Under the pieces are notes generated by a model. That model saw nothing but the letters and a program-made list of their open reading frames with translations, was not told the origin of the DNA and did not search any database. This document shows, piece after piece, positions 1 through 8,017 of a stretch of DNA of 35,662 nucleotides. The stretch lies in IMG/VR virus record IMGVR_UViG_3300030708_003093, positions 1 through 35,662 of that record, one strand, 5' to 3'. The first letter of the stretch is position 1, and the number at the start of each line of letters is the position of its first letter. The translations under genes and the position numbers were made by a program. Origin of the DNA: a virus (Duplodnaviria; Caudoviricetes).

Positions 1-3000
1 AGAATTTGATTAGATGATCCACCTTCAACCAGAATTCTTTCCTTAACAATAACTTCGTCGAATACAACAGAAAGTCTGGAAGGATCCTGACCAGCAATAG
101 TTGGGATTGGAATATCGAATGTTTGTTGCTTACCAGAGGATGCAGAATACTTAGTATTACCGATGAAGAAGTCTCCATCACTGTTCATACCAGTGTAAAC
201 AACTTGACCACCAGATTTTTCTTGTGCTTGTGCTAAGAAATCTTCTCTCTCAGATAGAGTTCTTACCTGAACCTGTGGTAAACCAGTTGAGTAGTTACCA
301 GGTCCATAACCAAGATATTCAAAGGTGTGACCAGAAGCACGAAGGATAGATGGTCTACGAAGTTCAACAGCAAGTGGTTTAATCTTTCTGATTAATGAAT
401 TTGCTGGGTGATCCTGTTTCGCAGTTCCGAGAGATCCACGAATAACAGTGATTTCATTGGAACCAGAACCAGTAAGAGTGCTACTTGCAACTCTCATGAT
501 CTCATCATTAACCTTAATAAAGCTTCCTAGTGGGAATCTTGCGGTAGTTCCAACACCAACACTACCCTGAACAGAGTTTGTTACGATAGCGAAGGAAGAT
601 TTACCTCCAGAAGATGCTGTAGTAACATCATTAACGAGTGAACCAAACTGATTATCATAAAGAGGAATACCTCTAGAACCTAGATTCTCATTGTCAACAT
701 TTGAAGAGAAGTTGTTTGCATTGAAACCATGCTTCAAGACACGATTTGCACTTGCACTAATTTCTTTTCCAACTGTGAATGTAGTGATTCCTACAGAGTC
801 CTTAACAATAAAGTCACCAAGGTTATTATCAGAAGAGTCGAGAATTCTTAACTGATTACCAGCAACTAATCCGTGTGCAGTGCTTGTAGTAATAGTTGTA
901 ATTCCTGCAAGTGCATCATATACACGAGTGCTTACACTTGCTGATGGTCCAATATTAAATACGACTTGATTTTCAAAGATCTCTGGATCACCAGATGTTT
1001 TTGCAATCGCAATCTCATTCCTAGAAGGAATAGAAGAAATTCTATAGAGACCATCAGTAACGGTTCCAAGACCAGTTACCTGAAGAGCATTATTATCTGG
1101 AGATACTAAACAAGCAGCATTAATTGTAATACTTGCTCCAGCAAATCCCTGGAAATGTAATGTATCTCCAGCAGAGTATCCAGAACCAGATGCTGCAATT
1201 TTAACAGATGTGATTGAACCACCTGTTACGGTAACGTCAGCAGTAGCACCTTGCCAAACTGTGAAGGTATTGTCGTTGTAAAGTCTAACACTGAAGTAAG
1301 ATCCATTATCGAATCCACTACCACCTGTTAGAACACTAAAATCAATAATACCACCTAGTCCATGATCTTGTTTTGTTGTAATTGTTGCAACACCAACAGA
1401 TACTGGAGAAGTTCTCAATACCTTAGGGGTTACACCAAATTTGCTAACAGCAATATCTACAGTTTCTCTGGTGATACTCTTTTGGAGATCATTAGTTTGA
1501 ACATCTCCTAGAGGGAATCTTTGTGCAAAGGATTTCGATGCTCCAGGGTTATCAACTTTATTGTCACGATCTAACTGGGGATATAGATTAGTTACATTCT
1601 GCTCATACTCATAATTAGTAAATTCTTCTGTAACTTGGTTAGATGCATTGAGGACATATAGGTGGTAGATACCATCAGAAACATTCTCTTCATATGGAGA
1701 AATGATATCTCTTCTGTAGATATAGAGATTTGATTCTAGGTCATTTCTCTCGAATCTTGGTAGATTTGTATCTCTTGTTGCAGAAGAAGATCCAGTATAA
1801 TCACCAACGTTGTGAGTAACACCATCTCTGTCAGTCGTTGAATATGTAAAGGTCATAGTGTCAACGACACTTTCGACCACGAAATCACCATTATATCCAC
1901 TTACACCAACACCAGTTGGATTTCCAGTTGATTTAACGTTTTTGACAAGAACGCGATCACCAACATCCAATTTGTGTGGTTGTTCCGTAATAATTGTAAC
2001 TTCATTAGATGCTACAGAACAAGTGCTAATAAATCCTGGATTTCTCTTGAATCTGACGTTATCTACATCAAGTGTTGATAATGAAAGTTCAGCATCTGTA
2101 AGTGCTCCAGTAATACTAGATTCTTGGATAACAAATCCTTCTTGTGGATCTTTTGCACCTTTTGTTTCTTTTGGAATTACAAATCTGAGTTTGTAAATCT
2201 TTTCATCAATACTTCTATTATCAGGTGTTCTCTTGAAGAAAGTAACATCTGTTCTATCTTCACCAAAACCAGCAACACCTAGAGTGTCTATCTGATTATA
2301 GATGTCGTTCCCCTGATTTACATAAACGAACCAGTTGTTATTATTGGGGTCATACTGAATTGGAGATCCAATTTCTCCAGAATCTCTGTCAGTAACTCTA
2401 CTAATGATTCTCAGATTAGATCCACCGTATAATTTCAGTGGAAGATCATTAGTAGCATTTGCAAGTGTAGATGCTAACTTAATTTGGTTTGCATTCTGAG
2501 TCGTAATTACATAATATGGTCTATTTGGTTCAAGTCCTTCAGGAAGATCAGCATCATCACTGATTACAATAACCTTTTCACCAGTTCTAAGATTATGATT
2601 GCTATCTAGAACTAAGAAATTAAAGTCTGGTGATTGTGTTCCTCTAACAACAATAAATTCTTTTTTAGATGAGGAAGATCCAGTTGGAGTAACTTGAGAT
2701 GCAGTTACATCACTATCAGTCATGAAGACTGAACAACTTGCAATACCTACTGAAGCTGCTGCTGGGAGATCTAGATATAATTTTTCTTCCTGTCTCGCAC
2801 CAACTCTGTAACCAGATATTAGATTTGGTGGGACATTATCTCTAGTATTGAATCCAAAGAGATATAGGTGACTTGTAATACCAACTGCAGTAGTTAGACC
2901 AACGTCAATGGGAATCCAATCAACGTTTACTGATCTATCCTCAATAGATTTTGGTGAGATGATGTGAGTAACATATCCATGATCATCTTTATCAAATGCC

Positions 3001-4604
3001 TTTTTCTTAAATCCTTCTGCAACCAGTGCAGTTTGACCAAAGTTAGAGTTGGAGTTTGTAATCGATGCATCAGCACCAGATTCTGCACTAAAATGTCTAT
3101 TGAAACCAATGGCGAAGACTGAAACGATCTGTAGAATAGCATCGTTTCTCTGTTGAACGTGTCCAGTTTCCCAACCCTTTCTATAAACTGCCTGCTGATC
3201 GAGGTGATAAACAGTATCACTATTTGTAGATGCAGAACCAGAGGAAAGTGCAGAACCAGTTACTTTGGTGACACTAATTCCATCATAAGTTCTTGTCTGA
3301 GGATTATACTTGACAAATGCACGGTCGTCCTTCTGCAGAGAAACTGCAGTGAACTGTGCAAGAACCATGGAGCGGAAACCATCTGCTTTTGCACCATCAG
3401 CAGTCAGACCATTCATACCCCATACAGAACGGAGTGAACAGTTGAATACGTATGGTGATGCACCCTTAACAGTATCAGTTTCAATCGTTACTGTGCCAGA
3501 TCCAGATGGATCTGCAGGGAGATTACTCCTGACAGATGGCATCAGGTATGTAAAGGTTTTTGGTCCAGTAACAGTCGCAACCGTCGTCGAGATATTATAA
3601 TCATCAACATCAATACCACGAATTTTAATTGGAGTTCCAACATTCAATTCATGATCTTCTACTGTGGTAACAGTAATAACTGGATCTGGAGTTGCACCAT
3701 CACCAGAAACAATATCCGAAATGGTGATTGGGTCAGCAGCAAATGCACCAACAATCTCCCATTCTGGTCTTTCTTTTGCGAAAGCATCTGGAGCAAGTGG
3801 GAATTTCTGTGCAGAAGGAATCTGTCTACCAGAACCCTCATTAAATGCATTGGATAGTTTTGCATAATACATATCCAAGTCGGTTGTTTCAAAACCGCCA
3901 GGAATATTCACACCATCAGCATACTCAAAACACGTAACTTTGTGGTGAGAGAATGTTGGTTTTGAAAGATTACCAGATCCAGGAGTGAAGACTCTATTAT
4001 TTGTATATACTAATCCACTCTCATCAGCATCAAAGAAACTAAACTGCCAGAAATAACAGAGACCAGTTACTCTAAAGACAGAAGTTGATGGAACATCTGG
4101 ATCAGTTGGGTTTGGAACATATTTTGGTCTGATTCTAGTTTTTCTAAGATCAAGACCAACAATAGAAGTACCACGAGGGATAATAACACCACCCTCAACA
4201 CTATTAAACTTGTAGAGAATGTTATCTTCTTGTGATAAGTCAAAGTTTGACTCAAGATTCAAACTGAATATATCAGATGCTGGAGATGTGGTATTTCCAT
4301 TTGGTGCAACTGCTTCTGCAAGTGCAGTTCCAATCTTCTTAATACCAAAACCAGGTCTGTTATCAATAATATGATCACCAGGGAAAACAAGAATGGTTGT
4401 TCTTGCGTTATTATCGTTATTATTACCAACAATAAACGAAAATCTAGCAGCCTCAATCAGTGCCCTTTGAATCGTTTTGAAGGGTTTTGTTAGAGAGTTA
4501 CCTTGATTGGTAATGCTATCTGTAGCATCAAGATCATTCGAGTTTACATATAGAATTCTACCTTCATAGTTCTTGATAAAATTCTCTAGCTTATTAAGAG
4601 GCAT
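1..4604 (-). CDS. Large virion structural protein (>1530 aa, beta-helix/pectin-lyase-like region; tail/baseplate-associated), runs off the left edge of the window
   Basis: Not in ORF track (no stop inside window). ATG at 4604 gives MPLNKLENFIKNYEGRILYVNSNDLDATDSITNQGNSLTKPFKTIQRALIEAARFS; the same frame reads ...DPSRLSVVFDEVIVKERILVEGGSSNQI at the window edge. N-terminus is typical of conserved T4-like cyanophage structural proteins; late promoter motif upstream. Confidence 0.85.
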   Translation of the reverse strand, partial: MPLNKLENFIKNYEGRILYVNSNDLDATDSITNQGNSLTKPFKTIQRALIEAARFSFIVGNNNDNNARTTILVFPGDHIIDNRPGFGIKKIGTALAEAVAPNGNTTSPASDIFSLNLESNFDLSQEDNILYKFNSVEGGVIIPRGTSIVGLDLRKTRIRPKYVPNPTDPDVPSTSVFRVTGLCYFWQFSFFDADESGLVYTNNRVFTPGSGNLSKPTFSHHKVTCFEYADGVNIPGGFETTDLDMYYAKLSNAFNEGSGRQIPSAQKFPLAPDAFAKERPEWEIVGAFAADPITISDIVSGDGATPDPVITVTTVEDHELNVGTPIKIRGIDVDDYNISTTVATVTGPKTFTYLMPSVRSNLPADPSGSGTVTIETDTVKGASPYVFNCSLRSVWGMNGLTADGAKADGFRSMVLAQFTAVSLQKDDRAFVKYNPQTRTYDGISVTKVTGSALSSGSASTNSDTVYHLDQQAVYRKGWETGHVQQRNDAILQIVSVFAIGFNRHFSAESGADASITNSNSNFGQTALVAEGFKKKAFDKDDHGYVTHIISPKSIEDRSVNVDWIPIDVGLTTAVGITSHLYLFGFNTRDNVPPNLISGYRVGARQEEKLYLDLPAAASVGIASCSVFMTDSDVTASQVTPTGSSSSKKEFIVVRGTQSPDFNFLVLDSNHNLRTGEKVIVISDDADLPEGLEPNRPYYVITTQNANQIKLASTLANATNDLPLKLYGGSNLRIISRVTDRDSGEIGSPIQYDPNNNNWFVYVNQGNDIYNQIDTLGVAGFGEDRTDVTFFKRTPDNRSIDEKIYKLRFVIPKETKGAKDPQEGFVIQESSITGALTDAELSLSTLDVDNVRFKRNPGFISTCSVASNEVTIITEQPHKLDVGDRVLVKNVKSTGNPTGVGVSGYNGDFVVESVVDTMTFTYSTTDRDGVTHNVGDYTGSSSATRDTNLPRFERNDLESNLYIYRRDIISPYEENVSDGIYHLYVLNASNQVTEEFTNYEYEQNVTNLYPQLDRDNKVDNPGASKSFAQRFPLGDVQTNDLQKSITRETVDIAVSKFGVTPKVLRTSPVSVGVATITTKQDHGLGGIIDFSVLTGGSGFDNGSYFSVRLYNDNTFTVWQGATADVTVTGGSITSVKIAASGSGYSAGDTLHFQGFAGASITINAACLVSPDNNALQVTGLGTVTDGLYRISSIPSRNEIAIAKTSGDPEIFENQVVFNIGPSASVSTRVYDALAGITTITTSTAHGLVAGNQLRILDSSDNNLGDFIVKDSVGITTFTVGKEISASANRVLKHGFNANNFSSNVDNENLGSRGIPLYDNQFGSLVNDVTTASSGGKSSFAIVTNSVQGSVGVGTTARFPLGSFIKVNDEIMRVASSTLTGSGSNEITVIRGSLGTAKQDHPANSLIRKIKPLAVELRRPSILRASGHTFEYLGYGPGNYSTGLPQVQVRTLSEREDFLAQAQEKSGGQVVYTGMNSDGDFFIGNTKYSASSGKQQTFDIPIPTIAGQDPSRLSVVFDEVIVKERILVEGGSSNQI

Positions 4605-4637
4605 CGGATTATATCGCCCAGATTATTTTCTATGATT

Positions 4638-4644
4638 TATTTAT
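4638..4644 (-). promoter_or_regulatory. T4-type late promoter motif ATAAATA
   Basis: ATAAATA on minus strand about 35 nt upstream of the ATG at 4604, overlapping the previous stop codon. Confidence 0.6.
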
Positions 4645-4946
4645 CCTAGTAAATCTTCCTCATTAAAGTAAGGAATTAAGTCTTCTGGGAGTATTTCTGG
4701 GTTTTTTATAGGAATATTATCAAAGCAAGGATGTGCTTGTTCTAGAATTAGATAGTTTGATCCGGCATATACATCATCTACTTCTAGCGACTGATTTTTA
4801 TTTGCTTCTTCTATCAAATCTTTATCATAAAGATGACCATCTGGAAGTTCATCGAAAGTAAATGGAACTCCTTCCAGAAAATACATTCTTACGATTATCT
4901 TCTGGTCGTTATACCAACAGTGTGCTGTGCTTACGGTATACGACAT
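4641..4946 (-). CDS. Conserved cyanophage hypothetical protein (101 aa)
   Basis: ORF track 4641..5012 trimmed to ATG at 4946 (MSYTVSTAHCWY...) because the 5' extension runs into tRNA-Leu; late motif CTAAATA at 4964-4970 just upstream. Confidence 0.75.
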   Translation of the reverse strand: MSYTVSTAHCWYNDQKIIVRMYFLEGVPFTFDELPDGHLYDKDLIEEANKNQSLEVDDVYAGSNYLILEQAHPCFDNIPIKNPEILPEDLIPYFNEEDLLG

Positions 4947-4963
4947 AACATTTTCTTTTTTTA

Positions 4964-4970
4964 TATTTAG
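4964..4970 (-). promoter_or_regulatory. Late promoter motif CTAAATA
   Basis: Directly follows the tRNA-Leu discriminator base and lies 18 nt upstream of ATG 4946. Confidence 0.55.
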
Positions 4971-5055
4971 TGCGAGTGGGGGGACTTGAACCCCCACGGG
5001 ATTAACTCCCAACAGATTTTAAGTCTGGTGCGTCTACCGATTCCGCCACACTCGC
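4971..5055 (-). tRNA. trnL: tRNA-Leu (anticodon UAA)
   Basis: Minus strand GCGAGTGTGGCGGAATCGGTAGACGCACCAGACTTAAAATCTGTTGGGAGTTAATCCCGTGGGGGTTCAAGTCCCCCCACTCGCA: cloverleaf with long variable arm, loop CT-TAA-AA; no encoded CCA. Confidence 0.95.
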
Positions 5056-5060
5056 TTAGG

Positions 5061-5133
5061 TGCTTCCTGAGAGGATCGAACTCTCCTTAGGCAAATTATG
5101 AGTTTGCTGCATTCACCAGATTGCTAAGGAAGC
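5061..5133 (-). tRNA. tRNA with CAU anticodon (elongator Met or lysidine-type Ile2; not initiator)
   Basis: GCTTCCTTAGCAATCTGGTGAATGCAGCAAACTCATAATTTGCCTAAGGAGAGTTCGATCCTCTCAGGAAGCA; paired G1-C72 and no run of three GC pairs in the anticodon stem, so not tRNA-fMet. Confidence 0.9.
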
Positions 5134-5136
5134 AGA

Positions 5137-5208
5137 TGGGAACACTGGGAATTGAACCCAGACTAAGCCCTTATAAGGAGCCCGCTCTAACCGTTAAGCT
5201 ATGCTCCC
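5137..5208 (-). tRNA. trnI: tRNA-Ile (anticodon UAU)
   Basis: GGGAGCATAGCTTAACGGTTAGAGCGGGCTCCTTATAAGGGCTTAGTCTGGGTTCAATTCCCAGTGTTCCCA: acceptor GGGAGCA/TGTTCCC, D stem GCTT/GAGC, anticodon loop CT-TAT-AA, T stem CTGGG/CCCAG, discriminator A. Confidence 0.88.
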
Positions 5209-5215
5209 AAATGTA

Positions 5216-5392
5216 TCAATCAGCGTCGTTGTTGTCTGTTGTGTGTATTCGCAGAAACTCTGCCTCATCAGCAGGCATGAATACTGCTGCTGTCCCATCA
5301 TCTCTGACCACTCCTATTGTCTCCCCGTCTTCAACTCTTTTGAATAATGAATCAAAATTTTCTTCCCATTCCTGTAATGTAAAAATTTCCAT
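5216..5392 (-). CDS. Small protein (58 aa), Phd/YefM antitoxin-like N-terminal pattern
   Basis: Below ORF-track cutoff. Translated by hand: MEIFTLQEWEENFDSLFKRVEDGETIGVVRDDGTAAVFMPADEAEFLRIHTTDNNDAD*. Fills the gap between the upstream ORF and the tRNAs; late motif at 5412-5418. Confidence 0.75.
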   Translation of the reverse strand: MEIFTLQEWEENFDSLFKRVEDGETIGVVRDDGTAAVFMPADEAEFLRIHTTDNNDAD

Positions 5393-5411
5393 CAATGATC
5401 CACAGTTGATT

Positions 5412-5418
5412 TATTTAG
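5412..5418 (-). promoter_or_regulatory. Late promoter motif CTAAATA
   Basis: Overlaps the stop codon at 5415-5417 and lies 20 nt upstream of ATG 5392. Confidence 0.5.
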
Positions 5419-5612
5419 TTAGTGACTGTAACTGCCGCATATTCAATTTGATCGTCATTAAGATTGGCAGTCACGACATCTAAGATTGCCATGAACTCAT
5501 CGGCAGAATCACATTCTACAATTTTTTCGTCACCCTGATCACTCAGGAGAAGAAATGACCTGGAGCATATGTCAATTACAATACTCTCGACAAATTCTTC
5601 GGTGCTTTGCAT
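5415..5612 (-). CDS. Small acidic hypothetical protein (65 aa)
   Basis: ORF track 5415..5648 trimmed to ATG 5612 (MQSTEEFVESIVIDICSRSF...), since the longer start lies inside the sigma70 promoter. Confidence 0.7.
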   Translation of the reverse strand: MQSTEEFVESIVIDICSRSFLLLSDQGDEKIVECDSADEFMAILDVVTANLNDDQIEYAAVTVTN

Positions 5613-5636
5613 GAGTGCTCCGTTGATTACCCACAT

Positions 5637-5665
5637 ATTATAGGACATCTAGTCAGAGGTGTCAA
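5637..5665 (-). promoter_or_regulatory. Consensus sigma70-type (early) promoter TTGACA-N17-TATAAT
   Basis: Minus strand TTGACA cctctgactagatgtcc TATAAT; perfect -35/-10 with 17-nt spacer, 25 nt upstream of ATG 5612. Confidence 0.85.
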
Positions 5666-6201
5666 GCTGTAATTTCAGTGAGAGTCATCCAAGATTGTGG
5701 TGCTACCGTCGTTTCAACACTGCTAAAATAATTTACATACACAATGCCCTCATTATTAAAACAAGCAATTTTAGTCGAATATGTTATAGGGCTGGTTGTA
5801 GCTGGACTATCCAAATATTCTACCCTAGGTCTAGCATAGTTATTACTGAAATAACTACCATCTCCATCATACCCACCAAACTCGTATGGACCATTACTAT
5901 TACTCACTGGTGTGTAAATGTCTTGAGTGCCTCTTAATATCTTTATACCATGAATTGTGTATACGTTACTAGTATTTGTTGGTCCACCATTATGATATAT
6001 TGAATGTTCAAATGAAACCATAATTTTATTAGATGCTGATCTAGGTGTGATGGATGCCTGTAGACCAGTGCTCACATAAGTTGTTGAGTTTGAAGATACT
6101 TGTCCAGTATGAACAACACGCACAACCTGAACAATACCTCCCATAGCATTGCTCTGTAAACCATCTTGTGGTTCTATTCTATCTACCTTGATTGTACTCA
6201 T
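5662..6201 (-). CDS. Small tail-fibre-associated beta-rich protein (179 aa), paralog of 6201..6710
   Basis: Start taken at ATG 6201 (MSTIKVDRIEPQ...), overlapping the upstream stop (TAATG); motifs GGIVQVV, TGLQASITPRSASNKIMV, YLDSPATTSPITY, MTLTEITA. Confidence 0.75.
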   Translation of the reverse strand: MSTIKVDRIEPQDGLQSNAMGGIVQVVRVVHTGQVSSNSTTYVSTGLQASITPRSASNKIMVSFEHSIYHNGGPTNTSNVYTIHGIKILRGTQDIYTPVSNSNGPYEFGGYDGDGSYFSNNYARPRVEYLDSPATTSPITYSTKIACFNNEGIVYVNYFSSVETTVAPQSWMTLTEITA

Positions 6202-6710
6202 TATGCTGATACCTCCATTAATGTAAGTGATGATGCAAGACAAGTATCATTGTCATCTCTACCATTTATTACAGCAGAATTACCAGTAACTCTAACCAGT
6301 ACTTTATAAGTTATTGAAGAATTATCTTGTGGAGAGTCTAGGAAAACTATATTGGTATTACCAACAGCACTACCATCGTCAGTATTTGGAGCGTGGGGAT
6401 AATAAGCTTTCGATGCTAAGTAAGTTTTACTATCTGTTCCTCGATAAATGTTTGTCGAATCTCTATCAAGTTGAAACATAATATAACTACCATTACTACC
6501 AGAAGAGGAAATATCAGCAATAGCTAGTATTTTATTTGAATTCGACCGTGGAGTAATTGTTGCAGCTAATCCAACATTAGTAAAAGATGTTGAGCTAAGA
6601 GTTATTGTGCTGGTAAGAACTTCTTGAACACACTGAACAATACCTCCTCCTCCACCAGTGGGTACACCAGTTGTTGGTACAATACTATCTACTCTAATTT
6701 GCGAAGTCAT
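6201..6710 (-). CDS. Small tail-fibre-associated beta-rich protein (169 aa)
   Basis: ORF track; GGIVQCV, GLAATITPRSNSNKIL, FLDSPQDNSSITY, SLTLMEVSA match the neighbouring paralog. Confidence 0.78.
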   Translation of the reverse strand: MTSQIRVDSIVPTTGVPTGGGGGIVQCVQEVLTSTITLSSTSFTNVGLAATITPRSNSNKILAIADISSSGSNGSYIMFQLDRDSTNIYRGTDSKTYLASKAYYPHAPNTDDGSAVGNTNIVFLDSPQDNSSITYKVLVRVTGNSAVINGRDDNDTCLASSLTLMEVSA

Positions 6711-6711
6711 A

Positions 6712-7077
6712 TCAAGAAGGTTCAGTAGGCCAAGTAACAGAAGTAAGATCTAAGTTATAACTAGCATCTAAAGTTGGAGTTGCTGTAGAAGGAAGGTCAC
6801 GAAGTGCTTGTCTATAAGTAGACCACTCTGAAGGAAGTGTAAGGTCTGATGATGCTCTCCAATCAGTCTTTGCAATTCTTCTATCTCTCTCTTCTCGCAG
6901 AAGTTTCATTGCTTCTGCATTATCTAGTTCTGTGATTTTAGCAGTAATTGCTGCTTGAGTTGGTTTATCGTGTCCGTGACCATCAATCCACTCCAAACCA
7001 GAATACGAATCACCACGAAGAACCCATTCTGCTCCTGGTGTAAGTACTTGTAATGCTGATGGAATATCGTACTTCAT
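6712..7077 (-). CDS. Tail fibre assembly chaperone-like protein
   Basis: LREERDRRIAKTDWRASSDLTL..W..YRQALRDLP....VTWPTEPS is the phage tail assembly chaperone pattern; location in fibre cluster. Confidence 0.75.
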   Translation of the reverse strand: MKYDIPSALQVLTPGAEWVLRGDSYSGLEWIDGHGHDKPTQAAITAKITELDNAEAMKLLREERDRRIAKTDWRASSDLTLPSEWSTYRQALRDLPSTATPTLDASYNLDLTSVTWPTEPS

Positions 7078-7095
7078 AATTAAAGTGATTTCTTA

Positions 7096-7102
7096 TATTT
7101 AT
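7096..7102 (-). promoter_or_regulatory. Late promoter motif ATAAATA
   Basis: Intergenic, 19 nt upstream of ATG 7077. Confidence 0.55.
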
Positions 7103-7108
7103 GGGATA

Positions 7109-7492
7109 TTATGAATCATGAAAGAAAGCAACATGATTTAGACTTCTTCCGTAGTGATTTCCATTATAACCCTGATTACCTACATCTGCATGAGTTATCG
7201 TCGGAGCGTTATCAAGTTGAAATGTCACATTAGTTGATGAACCCCTACCACAGGTACCAATCACAAGATAATTTGCAGTTGGCATAGCAGTTGTAAAAGT
7301 TATTCTATGTTTTCCATCAGCATTTTCTGTGACAGAAGATACATTATATGAAGATCGTATTGGTTCTGAAGGAAAATTATCCAATCCATTATAATTCACC
7401 CAAGCCTTGGCACGACCCATTTTAATTTCTTGTGCTGTACTGGCATTTGAACCAGATACATCTTGAATAGTAGTAACGTTTAATGTGCTCAT
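7109..7492 (-). CDS. Small tail-fibre-associated protein (127 aa)
   Basis: ORF track; AKAWVNYNG...IRSSYNVSSVT...ITFTTAMPTANY pattern common in marine phage fibre clusters; ATGA overlap with upstream gene. Confidence 0.75.
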   Translation of the reverse strand: MSTLNVTTIQDVSGSNASTAQEIKMGRAKAWVNYNGLDNFPSEPIRSSYNVSSVTENADGKHRITFTTAMPTANYLVIGTCGRGSSTNVTFQLDNAPTITHADVGNQGYNGNHYGRSLNHVAFFHDS

Positions 7493-7773
7493 GAAGGGTT
7501 TTCTCCTAATACATTAGTATCCCATACTGCCTTTAGTTCACTAGTAATACCAACAACATCAGTTGCCGTAATCGTGGCATCATCTACTAGTTGAGTTACA
7601 TCTCGTAGTGCCTGTTTTCTTACGGCAGATGCTGTCTGTGCATCAGTATTACCTGCTTCGATTGCTCTCATATAGGTAATATCTTCTGCCTCAAGAAGAG
7701 GTTTACGAACCTCTCTCATCCTTTCTTTCTGAATATCTTTTGCCTTATTCAGATTAATTCCAATATGTGCCAT
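7489..7773 (-). CDS. Helical hypothetical protein, possible fibre assembly chaperone
   Basis: ORF track; R..RKPLLEAEDITYMRAIE...KQALRDVT resembles the chaperone pattern in 6712..7077. Confidence 0.7.
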   Translation of the reverse strand: MAHIGINLNKAKDIQKERMREVRKPLLEAEDITYMRAIEAGNTDAQTASAVRKQALRDVTQLVDDATITATDVVGITSELKAVWDTNVLGENPS

Positions 7774-7776
7774 TGA

Positions 7777-7989
7777 TCAATCCTCCTCATATGTCCATGC
7801 ATTTCTAAAAGTTCTATCAGTTGGTAGATCGGATGCTTCAATAATTTGACTTGATCTACCTGCCGGAATATCTTTATCTCGTATTTGTTGTAGTGTCAAA
7901 CCACAATTGGGTGCTGGCATAAGAATAGAAACTCCACCTTCACCGTTATCAAAAATAATTCTTTTACTTGAAAAATTTTCTGATGGCAT
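7777..7989 (-). CDS. Small hypothetical protein (70 aa), fibre-cluster associated
   Basis: ORF track; RIIF..GEGGVSILMPA...KDIPAG...DLPTDRTFRNAW; tight packing with neighbours. Confidence 0.7.
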   Translation of the reverse strand: MPSENFSSKRIIFDNGEGGVSILMPAPNCGLTLQQIRDKDIPAGRSSQIIEASDLPTDRTFRNAWTYEED

Positions 7990-8017
7990 AATTTTTTGTG
8001 TTTCCCTTCTTTATATA

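Noticed and set aside
1858-4456. Short ORFs on both strands listed in the ORF track
   Set aside because: They lie within or antisense to the long minus-strand gene (1..4604); antisense frames stay open because of the real gene's codon bias.
4947-5012. 5' extension of ORF 4641..5012
   Set aside because: Overlaps tRNA-Leu and the late promoter; ATG 4946 is the sensible start.
5121-5483. Plus-strand 120-aa ORF
   Set aside because: Antisense to two tRNAs and to the 58-aa minus-strand gene.
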